Notes: generated by a model from the letters alone, not told the origin. 54,332 nt of DNA from Chthonomonadales bacterium (GCA_046715155.1 JBKJZI010000236.1:1-54332); one strand, 5' to 3'. Positions 9,359 to 19,241 are shown, numbered from the stretch's first letter. Made by a program: numbers and translations.

Positions 9359-12034
9359 TTGAACTTCCTCTTCTTTTTCGTGATGATTCTCTGCGCCGTT
9401 GGCGTTTCACATGCCGATTTGAAAGCTGTGAATCTGCGCTGCGAGTCCCTCGTCAATCCGCTCGGAATCGAATCCGTCAAGCCCCGGCTGAGCTGGATGC
9501 TCGAATCGGGCGAGCGTGGACAGTTGCAGACGGCCTACCAGATTCTGGTCGCCGGCGACGAGAAGAACCTCCGCTCGAACAAGGGCGACGCGTGGGATTC
9601 CGGCAAAGTGGCCAGCGATGAATCTCTGCACATCGATTACGCGGGCAAACCGCTAGAAGCGATGAAGCGCTACTATTGGAAGGTGCGCGTGTGGGATAGA
9701 GACGGGAAGGCATCCGCATACAGCCGGCCCGTTCGATGGGAGATGGGACTTCTGAATCCGCGCGGCGAGGGGCTGAAGTGGATCGGCCGGACCCTTGACA
9801 AGGACGTGCGGCCGGCGCCACTGCTTCGAAGACAGTTCAAATTGAGCGGTCCGGTTGAGCGCGCGACGGCCACCATCTGCGGCCTCGGATATTACGATCT
9901 TCGCATAAACGGCCAACGTGTAGGAGATCATCGGCTCGATCCCGGTTATACGCGCTACGACCGCCGCGTTCTTTATGTGACTCATGATGTGACGAAGCTT
10001 CTAAGGAAGGGGGAGAACGCGGTCGGAGTCGTCCTCGGGTCCGGTTGGTACAACTTTCATCCGCTCGCGGTTTGGAACTTCGACAAGGCGCCCTGGCGCG
10101 CCGCGCCCAAACTCTGGATGCAGGTCGCGGTCCGTTATGCGGATGGGAGTTCCGAGATAGTCCAAACCGATGAGAAGTGGAAGACGTCTTCGGGTCCTAT
10201 TACGTACGAATCGGTCTATAGCGGCGAGACGTACGATGCGCGCCTGGAGAAGCCCGGATGGGACACCGTCGGTTACGACGACCGAGATTGGCAGCCGGCC
10301 CTGGTGGTCGCTCCACCCGGAGGAAAACTGGTATCCCAGCAGATGCCGCCGATTCGGGTAACGAAGACACTGAAACCCGCTCGGATTCTGGAGCCTTCAC
10401 CGGGCGTGCATGTCGTGGATTTCGGGCAGAATCTGTCCGGTTGGGCGGAGATCAGTGTCAACGGTCCGGCGGGAACCGAAGTAACGCTCAAGTACGCTGA
10501 AAAGATCAAGTCGGACGGGAACCTCGACCGGAGCAACCTTGACGTCCACATGATCAAAACGAATCCACCGCAGCGATTCCAGACTGATGCTTATATTCTC
10601 AAGGGCGGCGGCACGGAACGCTGGGAATCTTCGTTTGAGTACAACGGATTCCAATACGTGGAGGTCACCGGATTCCCCGGCAAACCGACGGTTGAGAACT
10701 TTCGGGCGAAGGTATGCAACAGCGCGGTTGAGCCGGTGGGGGAGTTCTCTTGCTCGAACGAGCTGCTGAATAAGATCTGGGAGGCAGGGCGTTGGGCGTT
10801 TCTGAGTAATTTGCAATCGATTCCGACCGACTGCCCCCATCGGGAGAAGAACGGCTGGACAGGCGACGCGCATCTAGCCTGCGAGATGGGGTTGTTCAAT
10901 TACGACGCAGCGACAGTCTATGCCAAGTGGATCAATGACCTGGAGGATGAGCAGAAGCCGACCGGCGAGCTGCCCGGAATCGTGCCGACTAGCGGCTGGG
11001 GTTATGAGTGGGGCAACGGTCCGGCCTGGGATTCCGCCTATCTGCTGGTTCCCTGGTACGTCTATGTGTACACCGGCGACAAGCGGATTCTGACCGACCA
11101 CTACGACGGATTCAAGCGGTATGTCGACTACTTGACGACGAAAGCGGACAAGGGAATCGTCTCGATAGGTCTCGGCGATTGGGCGCCCTGGAAGACAGAG
11201 ACTCCGGTGGCCGTGACCTCGACCGGCTATTACTATGTCGACGCCGTGATCGTATCGAAGACTGCGGAGCTGCTGGGAAAAGTGGACGAGTCGATCCGGT
11301 ATCGCGAGCTGGCGGACTCCATCAAGAAGGCGTTCAATGTCCGCTTTGTAAACCGCGAAACAGGAAACGTCGCGAACGGCTCTCAGACGGCGTTGAGCTG
11401 CGCCCTCTATCAAGACCTATTGGACTCCGAAACGCGCCCGAAGACGCAAGCGCGCTTGGTGGAAGCGGTGCAGAAGACCGATGGCCACATCGATACTGGA
11501 ATCCTTGGCGCCAAGTACATTCTGAACGTGCTGACGGATATGGGTCGGGCGGACGTGGCCTATGGAATTGCGAGCAAGGAGACGATTCCGAGCTGGGGCT
11601 GGTGGATCAAGCAGGGCGCGACAACGCTTTGGGAACAGTGGAACGGCACAGAATCGCGAAATCACATCATGTACGGCGACATCCTCGCGTGGTTCAATAA
11701 AACCCTCGCCGGAATCAACCCCGACCCCGCCACTCCCGGTTTCAAGCGGTTCATCATCAAGCCGCACCTTCCACCGGGTTTACGAGCAGTCAAGGCAAGT
11801 TATCGGTCCGCACGCGGCGCCGTTCGAGCGGGATGGACTCGAAATGGGGACACGATTCTGCTTAATGTTGAAGTCCCGGCAAACACATTTGCCGTAGTCT
11901 ACGTGCCGGCGCGTGATAAGCGGTCAGCCTTTGGAGGGTCGGGTGGGCCAATTCGATACGAGCACGGGTATGCGGTATTCGAGGTTGGTTCCGGCAAGTA
12001 CAGCTTCATCAGCAGTTTGAAAGTGCCCAAGTAA
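9359..12034 (+). CDS. alpha-L-rhamnosidase (GH78)
   Basis: The N-terminal block LRCESLVNPLGIESVKPRLSWML...QTAYQILVA...WDSGKV...YYWKVRVWD is typical of GH78. DCPHREKNGWTGDA lies in the catalytic (alpha/alpha)6 region. The start is uncertain: TTG 9359 after GGAGAA gives a signal peptide, and ATG 9383 is an alternative. Confidence 0.9.
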   Translation: MNFLFFFVMILCAVGVSHADLKAVNLRCESLVNPLGIESVKPRLSWMLESGERGQLQTAYQILVAGDEKNLRSNKGDAWDSGKVASDESLHIDYAGKPLEAMKRYYWKVRVWDRDGKASAYSRPVRWEMGLLNPRGEGLKWIGRTLDKDVRPAPLLRRQFKLSGPVERATATICGLGYYDLRINGQRVGDHRLDPGYTRYDRRVLYVTHDVTKLLRKGENAVGVVLGSGWYNFHPLAVWNFDKAPWRAAPKLWMQVAVRYADGSSEIVQTDEKWKTSSGPITYESVYSGETYDARLEKPGWDTVGYDDRDWQPALVVAPPGGKLVSQQMPPIRVTKTLKPARILEPSPGVHVVDFGQNLSGWAEISVNGPAGTEVTLKYAEKIKSDGNLDRSNLDVHMIKTNPPQRFQTDAYILKGGGTERWESSFEYNGFQYVEVTGFPGKPTVENFRAKVCNSAVEPVGEFSCSNELLNKIWEAGRWAFLSNLQSIPTDCPHREKNGWTGDAHLACEMGLFNYDAATVYAKWINDLEDEQKPTGELPGIVPTSGWGYEWGNGPAWDSAYLLVPWYVYVYTGDKRILTDHYDGFKRYVDYLTTKADKGIVSIGLGDWAPWKTETPVAVTSTGYYYVDAVIVSKTAELLGKVDESIRYRELADSIKKAFNVRFVNRETGNVANGSQTALSCALYQDLLDSETRPKTQARLVEAVQKTDGHIDTGILGAKYILNVLTDMGRADVAYGIASKETIPSWGWWIKQGATTLWEQWNGTESRNHIMYGDILAWFNKTLAGINPDPATPGFKRFIIKPHLPPGLRAVKASYRSARGAVRAGWTRNGDTILLNVEVPANTFAVVYVPARDKRSAFGGSGGPIRYEHGYAVFEVGSGKYSFISSLKVPK

Positions 12035-12050
12035 CGCAAGGGGAGTAACA

Positions 12051-13160
12051 GTGTCTTCCGTTCCGATCTTAGTATTGCCGGATCAAACCGAATCTTGCCG
12101 CGCGCGCATGGAATCCGATCCACTGAACGCGGAAGCGCTTGGCGAGCTGCGAGAGGCGCTACGGCTCGACGGGGGGAAGCTTGGCGCTCTCGAAGCCCTC
12201 TCGAAGGTGTGCGACGTTCTTGATGGCGGTAATTCCGCAGAATCCGATTCCGAGCCCCTGCGTAAGCCGTTGAATAAGGCAGAACATGAAGGGCTGGTGG
12301 TGCATCCGCGGGAGAAGCAGGAGCGCCGGCATAAGCTTGCCTCGCTTCTCGGGCGCGTGCTTCACCTTGTTCAGGGCGATGAAGCGGCGAAGACGGTCAC
12401 GCGGGTTTGTGAGAGCGGGACCGATACGACCTATCCGGCGCTTGATTTGGCGAATAAGGCTTGCTCGGGATTCCTGGGCGTGCAGCCACCCGCCGTGTAT
12501 GTCGCTCGGGGAGAGGAGCCGTTATTTGTGGCTATGCTGGACCGCGCTCCGTTTCTCTGCGTTCATCATGATTACGTGGCGGAGTCCAATCGCAAGCTAT
12601 CGGAGTCGGAGCTCCGATTCGGGCTGGCGCACCAACTGGAGCACGTTAAGAGCGGTCACACGGCTTTGCTGCAGATCAGTCCGGAGAGGCTGGAAGCGCT
12701 GATGCTCGACCAGGTCCCGTTCCTCTTCCGCACGCCTATTCAGCTCGCTAGCAAGGCGGTGGGGTTTAGCCGGGCGAATCTGGCGGCGAAGAAGATCGGT
12801 GATTGGCTGCCCGACAACTCGCGAACGGCGAAAGTGTTTGACACGGTCGGCGACCTGCTGCCGGACAAGGACCAGGAAACGATCTTGCCGGAAGTGGTGC
12901 ACGATTGGGTGCGCGCGTGGATTCAGGCCGTAGAATACAGCGCTGACCGCGCCGGCCTTGTCGCTTGCGGCAGCGTAGGCTCCGCGGTTTCGGCCATTGT
13001 CGCACTCTCACCTGAGCTTGCGGCAGCGAAGCACAAGATTCCCACATTGCGACGCCTACTCTCAGATTGCGAACGCACCGATCGCGCCACTGCCGACCGA
13101 ATTCGTGAGCTTCTCCGCTTCGCCTTTTCACGGGAATATCTTACTTTCGCGGCGGGATGA
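12051..13160 (+). CDS. hypothetical protein with degenerate M48-like metalloprotease core (HQLEH instead of HEXXH)
   Basis: GTG start. RFGLAHQLEHVKSGHTALL resembles the M48 helix (HELxHxxxxH), but the Glu is shifted. 369 aa. Confidence 0.6.
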   Translation: MSSVPILVLPDQTESCRARMESDPLNAEALGELREALRLDGGKLGALEALSKVCDVLDGGNSAESDSEPLRKPLNKAEHEGLVVHPREKQERRHKLASLLGRVLHLVQGDEAAKTVTRVCESGTDTTYPALDLANKACSGFLGVQPPAVYVARGEEPLFVAMLDRAPFLCVHHDYVAESNRKLSESELRFGLAHQLEHVKSGHTALLQISPERLEALMLDQVPFLFRTPIQLASKAVGFSRANLAAKKIGDWLPDNSRTAKVFDTVGDLLPDKDQETILPEVVHDWVRAWIQAVEYSADRAGLVACGSVGSAVSAIVALSPELAAAKHKIPTLRRLLSDCERTDRATADRIRELLRFAFSREYLTFAAG

Positions 13161-13185
13161 CGCGCGACTTTAGGGCTCCACGGCG

Positions 13186-14115
13186 CTAGGGACGACGCCG
13201 ATGGTCGCGCCTGGGGTCGTACGCCGCTCCGGGAGCTCCTGGCGCCTCCGCCAACCACGCGGGCTTGAACTTTGGCCCGTACGGGCCGGAGGTAAATTCG
13301 AAGTTGCCCATCTCACCCCAATGGCCGGAATAGTTGAGCCAGCTCGGATTCGTCCGGTCGACCCACTCCAGCCTTTCCCAGGTGCGCCAAACGGGCCCGG
13401 ATGCGTCCATATGGTCAAACGATTTGCGTCCGGCCGTGGGAAAACTCGCGTGGCTGTGATGCGCGGAGTAAACTACCGGACGTCCTTCCGAGTTCATGCA
13501 ACTCGCCGCTGGATGCCACTCGCCGCCGTTGTGCGCCGCGTAGTAGACGTGGCTCGCCTTGCCGTTAATCACTCGCACCGTTATATGCTCGAAATCCCCT
13601 TCGTGACCGACGATCTCCACGCCAGGGATGTGCGACTTGCCGAGAACGGGATCGCCGTTGTAGGCATAGAAGAACCAGTACTGGATGTCCAGGTAGCCCC
13701 GACCCTCGATGGTATGCGCGTAGCAAACGGCCGAGGCGAGGTCTCCCTGGCGCGTCGTCTTTTCATCCCGGTCATTAGGAATTTGTAGGAAGAAGTCGCT
13801 TTTGCTGCGACCGCCGGAGCTCTGGCCGCGGCGAGATTGGGCGGCGATGGCCGCCGGCGTCACCTGCCCCTTATTCAGGACCTGGTCGTCGCTCCGCAGG
13901 CGACGGTGCAGGCGCATGTGTACGCGCTGCATGTACCATAGAGTTGACGCTGGACGGTAGGAATCACGCGAGTGGAGCCGCACTTCGGGGGCAAGCTGGC
14001 GCACCAACGTCTCCGTATCGGTCGGCCTGGGAATTGCGCCCTTCTGAACTTCCGCCTGACCGGCGGCATAACCCGAAATCAAACAGATGCCGATGGAAAC
14101 AATCGCCCACTTCAC
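13186..14115 (-). CDS. exported Vps62/DUF946-like protein
   Basis: Signal peptide MKWAIVSIGICLISGYAAGQA. YLDIQYWFFYAYNG and GHEGDFEHITVRV match the Vps62 (PF06101-like) core motif H-x-G-D-[WF]-E-H. Confidence 0.8.
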   Translation of the reverse strand: MKWAIVSIGICLISGYAAGQAEVQKGAIPRPTDTETLVRQLAPEVRLHSRDSYRPASTLWYMQRVHMRLHRRLRSDDQVLNKGQVTPAAIAAQSRRGQSSGGRSKSDFFLQIPNDRDEKTTRQGDLASAVCYAHTIEGRGYLDIQYWFFYAYNGDPVLGKSHIPGVEIVGHEGDFEHITVRVINGKASHVYYAAHNGGEWHPAASCMNSEGRPVVYSAHHSHASFPTAGRKSFDHMDASGPVWRTWERLEWVDRTNPSWLNYSGHWGEMGNFEFTSGPYGPKFKPAWLAEAPGAPGAAYDPRRDHRRRP

Positions 14116-14191
14116 GGCAGACCCTCCCGGAGTTTCTCTAGTGTCTTCTGTGGATAGACACTCGATAACGCTCCGGCGTGGGTCTCGTTTA

Positions 14192-15271
14192 TTATGGATT
14201 CGGGCTCAGAGAGCGTTGGCGGCGCGGGGCCTTTTTGATCTCGCAGCCGAACGCTTTGGTCTCCGGCGTGGCGACGGGTTTGCCCGCGAGAACGGAATCG
14301 AGGGCGTCCTTCAGGTAGCGCTGTTTGACGGCGGCGGGATCCTGATTGTCATCGATAGAGCCGCTATAGACCGCGGTTCCTTTTGCATCCACCACCCAGA
14401 CGGTCGGAGTGAACTCAACGGCGAATCGGTTCGCGAGGCTGTTCCGCATATCGCGCGCCACCGGGAAGCCGATCTTACGTTCTTCCGCGCGCGCTTTGAT
14501 CGCCACGGTCCGTTCGCCCTGGTTGGGATAGAGCCCGAGGAACGCCACGTCTTTGTAGGCCGGATCTGTGGCGAGCTCAGATAGGCGCTCCTCATACGCC
14601 TTCGTTACAGGACAATCCACGCTGAGGAAGAGGACCGCTGAAACCTTTTTGCCGGCCGGAAGCAGGGTGGCGGTCTTTGCGTTGACATCCTTCACCGAAA
14701 AGCTTGGGACCGGCTGGCCGACCTTGCCCTTCCAGTTGGAAAGCAGCAGGGCGAGGTTTTCGCCGTGGCGGGTGGTGAAAGCGCCGCCGGTGCGGTCGAA
14801 CTGGGCGTTGACATTGCGGTCGATGTGGGTGATTGTGCCCGTAGTTCCGATCACGAAGGTAACACGCGCGGCGCGGCCACTGGGCTGCAGAACGCCATAG
14901 GCTTCGCTCATCTTCTTGTCGGAATCGGCAAGCAGTGGGAAGTTCAGCATCTCCTTCTCGTGGAACGCTTTCTGGGCTTCCACGGTGTCGGTGCTGATTC
15001 CGAATACGACGGCGTTACGCTCCTGAATGCGGCCCATCACGTCCCGGAGGGCCTTAACTTCGCACGTTCATCCAGGCGTCCCGGCGCTGGGATAGAAGGC
15101 AAGCACAACGCGCTTGCCGCGGTAATCACTGAGCTTCTGGAATTTGCCGGAATGGTCGGCCATTTCAAATTCCGGCGCTTTCTGGCCGACTTCCAACTCC
15201 GCGCCCTTGGCGCCGGGCGCCAGGGCCAGCGTGCAGATTATGGCCGGAACGACCCCTCGCAATGAGATCAT
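14192..15271 (-). CDS. candidate selenoprotein: exported Bcp-type peroxiredoxin (TGA at the peroxidatic position, 15068-15070) fused to a TlpA/redoxin-like thioredoxin-fold domain
   Basis: ORFs 15068..15343 and 14192..15040 share one frame. Read-through gives VVLAFYPSAGTPG-[TGA]-TCEVKALRDVMGRIQERNAVVFGISTD, the Prx active-site block. ATG 15271 follows AAGGAG and starts a signal peptide, MISLRGVVPAIICTLALAPGAKG. The second domain has SVDCPVTKAY and the C-terminal FGCEIKK. Confidence 0.7.
15028..15064 (-). promoter_or_regulatory. candidate SECIS-like stem-loop downstream of the peroxiredoxin TGA
   Basis: RNA UGCG-AAGUUAAG-GCCC-UCCGGGACGUGAU-GGGC-CGCA forms two 4-bp helices separated by an 8-nt bulge. 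It starts 4 nt after the UGA. Drawn by eye only and not scored against a bSECIS model. Confidence 0.2.
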
Positions 15272-15425
15272 AATTGCTCCTTGAGATTGCCTGAATCCGA
15301 CGACGAACCATGGAGCCGGACCATAATCCAGGCGGTAATCCATCTGACTAAGTGTAATCCACAGTCGCGCGCGGGGTCAATGCGTCTGTGGCATAATCGT
15401 TTTAGCGTTCCAGAAGGAGTGGATT

Positions 15426-16250
15426 GTGAGCGAAGCGCGGGCCGTGGTAATCGCTAATGTCGCGCCGATGAGGGGCGAACCAGGCAGCCGATCGGAACAG
15501 ACGAGCCAGGCGATCTTTGGCGAGACGGTGCGGGTCCATGAGGAGTCGGGCGAGTACACGCGGATTCAGACTCCGGATTCCTACTCCGGCTGGATACGGT
15601 CATCTCAGCTCTGGGTGCTGGAGACTGATGAGCGGTACCCAAACCCGACGCGCGCCGCCATGGTCTCATCGCTCATTCTTCCGGTCTTTCGCGAGCCATC
15701 CGGACGGTCGGAGCGGATTACGCTGCTTACTCTGGGCACTGCGGTCGAGCTGGCGGACGGGGATGCGGGATCCGCGTTCTTCCCCATCCGGTTTCCGGGT
15801 GGGGAGATCGGATACCTGGAGAGCTCAGCGCTCATCGTGCCGCACTACCCACCGCCGGAAGAGCTGGGTCCGAATCTGGCCGTCGTTGCGCGCGGCCTGA
15901 TTGGGGCGCCGTATCTGTGGGGTGGGCGTACGCCCTTCGGGATCGACTGCTCCGGATTCACGCAGCGGGTTTACTGGCTGTGCGGTCACGTGATTCCGCG
16001 TGACGCCTATCAGCAGGCCGCGTTCGAACAGTTTGAATCCGTGGAAAAGGACGAATTGCGCACGGGAGATCTAGTCTATTTTGCCGCAAAGGAAGACCCG
16101 CGCAACAGAGGCGTTACTCATGTGGGCCTTATGGTGGACTCCGCGCGGTTCATTCACGCGTCGGGACGATACAATGGAGTCTCGATCAGCCCGCTGGAAG
16201 ACGTCCATTACGGGCCGGTCTATTGGGGGGCGCGGAGGATGAAGAAATGA
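15426..16250 (+). CDS. NlpC/P60 (C40) cell-wall peptidase with N-terminal SH3b-like domains
   Basis: GAPYLWGGRTPFGIDCSGFTQRVYW (catalytic Cys) and THVGLMV (His). GTG start. Confidence 0.85.
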   Translation: MSEARAVVIANVAPMRGEPGSRSEQTSQAIFGETVRVHEESGEYTRIQTPDSYSGWIRSSQLWVLETDERYPNPTRAAMVSSLILPVFREPSGRSERITLLTLGTAVELADGDAGSAFFPIRFPGGEIGYLESSALIVPHYPPPEELGPNLAVVARGLIGAPYLWGGRTPFGIDCSGFTQRVYWLCGHVIPRDAYQQAAFEQFESVEKDELRTGDLVYFAAKEDPRNRGVTHVGLMVDSARFIHASGRYNGVSISPLEDVHYGPVYWGARRMKK

Positions 16251-16251
16251 A

Positions 16252-16335
16252 CAGTTATCAATATCAATTATCAATAAGCCCCCATCCTACATTGATAATT
16301 GATAATTGATAATTGATAACTGATAATTGACAATT
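16252..16335. repeat. hairpin built from tandem ATTGATA heptamers, between convergent gene ends
   Basis: Left arm cagttatcaatatcaattatcaat (16252-16275). Loop aagcccccatcctac. The right arm is (attgata)x4-actgata-attgaca (16291-16335) and can pair with the left arm in several registers. Confidence 0.85.
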
Positions 16336-17172
16336 CTAGGGGTGGAGCCCGCCCGGAATCCCCTTCGGAAACGTTTGCTGGATGGCTTCCTTGATCCGCT
16401 CCGTGCGCTTATCCGGATTCGGGTGGGTGCTGAAGAATTCGGGTTGGCGGCCTCCGCCTCCGGCGGCTTTTTTGAGGACCTGCATGACGGTTAGCATGGA
16501 ACGAGGGTCGTAGCCTGCCTGGGCCATGTAGCGGACTCCAAGTTTGTCGGATTCCAGCTCATCCTCGCGGCCGAAGCGCATATTGACGAGCTGGCCGATG
16601 GCCGCGGCGACCGCGGCGCTGTTGCGGCTGCCGGCGTTGTTCGGATCATAAGTGGCAATTACTGCGGCACCGGTCAAGCCGGCGGTCAACTCCTGCTTGG
16701 CGAGGTGCTCGGCTCCGTGGCGGCCCACGACGTGGCCGATCTCATGGCCCAATACCCCGGCGAGCTGGCCGCGCGAATCCAGTTTATGGAGCAGCGCCTC
16801 GGTGATGAAGATCTGGCCGCCGGGAAGGGCGAAAGCGTTTACGGTTTTCTCGTCGTCCAGCAGGTGGAACTCGAATCGATAGGGACTCTTTTTCGCGTCC
16901 GATTCCGCCACGATTTCCTGCCCCACTTCATGGACTAATTGCCGACCTTTCGGGTCGTTGGATTCCCCCCCGAACTGCTGCGCGAGCTGCGGCGCTGCTT
17001 GAAGTCCGAGGGCAATTTCCTGATCGGGTTTAATGCTGACCCGCTGCTTCTCGCCGGTGACGGCGTTGATCTGTTCCGAGCCGTAGTATCTCCAGAGCGC
17101 GAAGCCGGCGATCAAAAGCGCAATGATCAGCTTCGCGCCGCCGAATCCACCGCCCGATCGTTGGTAGTTCAT
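16336..17172 (-). CDS. M48-family zinc metalloprotease, membrane anchored
   Basis: HEIGHVVGRH (HEXXH), followed by a downstream ELESDKLG-type third ligand region. ATG 17172 follows GGGGGAAGGA. N-terminal TM helix AKLIIALLIAGFALW. Confidence 0.88.
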   Translation of the reverse strand: MNYQRSGGGFGGAKLIIALLIAGFALWRYYGSEQINAVTGEKQRVSIKPDQEIALGLQAAPQLAQQFGGESNDPKGRQLVHEVGQEIVAESDAKKSPYRFEFHLLDDEKTVNAFALPGGQIFITEALLHKLDSRGQLAGVLGHEIGHVVGRHGAEHLAKQELTAGLTGAAVIATYDPNNAGSRNSAAVAAAIGQLVNMRFGREDELESDKLGVRYMAQAGYDPRSMLTVMQVLKKAAGGGGRQPEFFSTHPNPDKRTERIKEAIQQTFPKGIPGGLHP

Positions 17173-17383
17173 TGTCCTTCCCCCTTCCATCAAGCCGCCA
17201 AGGCAGCAGAAGCAAAGACGCAATCCCCTCATTCAAGGGTTCCAACCCGCGTTCCTCTCCGCAGAGGTTGGCTGAGAGGACAGCGCAAGTACGAAAAACG
17301 AAAACAGAATCAGCTACGTACTCAAAGAAATGAAACGAAACCTTGTGAAATTGGAGACGTAATGGGTGCATACGGGAGGAAGT

Positions 17384-17773
17384 ATGAACCGAGCGCTGTC
17401 GTGCTGCCCCGTCTGTTCGACCTCGCTGTACGTTTCGGAGCTGGCGTGCGGATCGTGCGGCACCAGGGTCAGCGGTTCGTTTGCTGGTTGCAGCTTCTGC
17501 CGTCTCTCACTGGAACAGTTGCAGTTCGTGCAGATATTCCTATCGAACCGCGGCAATCTCAGCGGAGTCGGCGGCGAGCTTGGAATCTCCTACCCTACCG
17601 TGGCAAAGCGTCTCGACGCCGTGCTGTCGGTGTTGGCGTTGAACGGTGATCGGTCGGATCAGCCAGATCGGACGGATCAGCATTTGGAAGGCGAACGGCT
17701 TCAGATTCTGGAGCAGCTAGACCGAGGCGAGATCACGGCGGACGAGGCGACGAAAAGACTAAAGGACCTCTGA
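17384..17773 (+). CDS. DUF2089-family zinc-ribbon/HTH protein with C-terminal SHOCT-like tail
   Basis: CPVCSTSLYVSELACGSCGTRVSGSF..CSFC, then LEQLQFVQIFLSNRGNLSGVGGELGISYPTVAKRLD. ATG 17384 follows GGGAGGA. Confidence 0.8.
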   Translation: MNRALSCCPVCSTSLYVSELACGSCGTRVSGSFAGCSFCRLSLEQLQFVQIFLSNRGNLSGVGGELGISYPTVAKRLDAVLSVLALNGDRSDQPDRTDQHLEGERLQILEQLDRGEITADEATKRLKDL

Positions 17774-17783
17774 GGGAGCGAAT

Positions 17784-19241
17784 ATGGAAGAGCATATTTC
17801 TCGCATATTGAAGATGTTGGAGGAGGGGAAGATATCGGCTACGGAGGCGCAGACGTTGATCTCCGCGCTGAAGGCCGATCCTCCTCCGGGCGCACCCACT
17901 TCGCAACCGCGGGCAGCGGACGGAAACTCCAGCGCTCGGGCGGAATCGCCGCCACGGGAAGAATCCGGTAAGGCGAAATCCTTTGAATTCGAATGGAGCC
18001 AGCGCAAAGCATTCCCTTTCGATTTGAGTGGCCTTGGGAAACAGATCAGCGACGCGGTCAAGAAGATCGACCCGGAGAAGATGGTCCGCGAGGCCAGGGC
18101 GGGATTTCAAAAGGGCGGAAAAAGGTTCAACGAACGGTTCAAGGGCTGGGCTTTCTTTGGAGATGGGGAGGACGGGCGGCCCGAAAACGTCTCCGGCCAT
18201 CCGACCGCAAGGACAAGCGAGACGATCGATCTTGAGCTGAAACCGGATTCTCTGGTGCAGATGGAGAACTCATTCGGCTCGATCGCCGTTTTCGGCGGCG
18301 CGGAATCCGCGCGGGTGGAGATTGATAAAGAAGCCTGGGCGCCGGTGGAAGAAGAGGCGGAGGCACGGCTGAAAGAGCTCATGGTAGAGACGAACGACTT
18401 CAGCCCGGACATCGGCATCCCGCGCCTCGAGGTGAAAGTTACGGGCCCCGAGCAGTTCCGGGACGGATTTGTGAATCTGAGGCTGCACGTGCCGGATTCC
18501 GTTGCGCTGCGGCTCGGAACGATCTTCGGCGAAATCCGGGTGGAGAACCAGGCCGGCGCGGTGGAGGCGCACACTATCAGCGGCGCGGTCTCCTTCGACA
18601 ACCTGAAGGGCGATGCGCGCGCGGAGGGAATCAGCGGCGACATGCGGGCCGCCAACATCGGCGGAGCGCTTAATCTGGCCAGCAAGAGCGGCAACATTCG
18701 GGCGGAATCGCTGAGCCGCGGCGCGACGGTTACCTGCGTGAGCGGAGATATTTCCATCACCGGCGTCGAGGGCGGTCGGTTGGAGGCTAAGTCCGTTTCC
18801 GGCGACGTGAAAATCGAAAAGGCCGGCAAGGAGAGCCCCCTCGACCTGACCGCGGAATCCGTCTCCGGCGATATCAGCCTGAAAGGGGCGGGCGGGAACA
18901 TCACCCTGAAGACCGTCTCCGGCGACGTATCCGGCGATGAGCTGAACGCGCTCACTCTGCAGGCCCAGACGGTGTCTGGCGACGTGAAGGTCTCGCTGAC
19001 CGCGCCGTTTGCAGGGACGCTCTCGACGAACACGGTCTCCGGCGACGTCAGCATCGCCGCCCCCACCGGTAGCAACTTTCGCTTCAGCATCGGCACCCAA
19101 TCCGGCGACCTCTCCTGCGACTACGAAGCTCACGACACCACCAAAACCGACACCCTCTGGACCGGCACCATCGGCACCGGCACCGGCAACGTCAACATCC
19201 AGACGCGCACCGGTGACGTGAAGCTCGCCAAAGCTCCCTAA
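17784..19241 (+). CDS. DUF4097-family beta-repeat protein (putative adhesin-like) with N-terminal SHOCT-like segment
   Basis: Repeated GxISGD/VSGDV/VSGDI strands along the C-terminal 250 aa. It shows the usual pairing with a DUF2089 gene. Confidence 0.82.
   Translation: MEEHISRILKMLEEGKISATEAQTLISALKADPPPGAPTSQPRAADGNSSARAESPPREESGKAKSFEFEWSQRKAFPFDLSGLGKQISDAVKKIDPEKMVREARAGFQKGGKRFNERFKGWAFFGDGEDGRPENVSGHPTARTSETIDLELKPDSLVQMENSFGSIAVFGGAESARVEIDKEAWAPVEEEAEARLKELMVETNDFSPDIGIPRLEVKVTGPEQFRDGFVNLRLHVPDSVALRLGTIFGEIRVENQAGAVEAHTISGAVSFDNLKGDARAEGISGDMRAANIGGALNLASKSGNIRAESLSRGATVTCVSGDISITGVEGGRLEAKSVSGDVKIEKAGKESPLDLTAESVSGDISLKGAGGNITLKTVSGDVSGDELNALTLQAQTVSGDVKVSLTAPFAGTLSTNTVSGDVSIAAPTGSNFRFSIGTQSGDLSCDYEAHDTTKTDTLWTGTIGTGTGNVNIQTRTGDVKLAKAP

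Noticed and set aside
16939-17649. 236-aa plus-strand ORF spanning the M48 gene's 5' end, the intergenic region and the DUF2089 gene
   Set aside because: It crosses a divergent promoter region and overlaps two well-supported genes in other frames or on the other strand. Its composition is Arg-rich.
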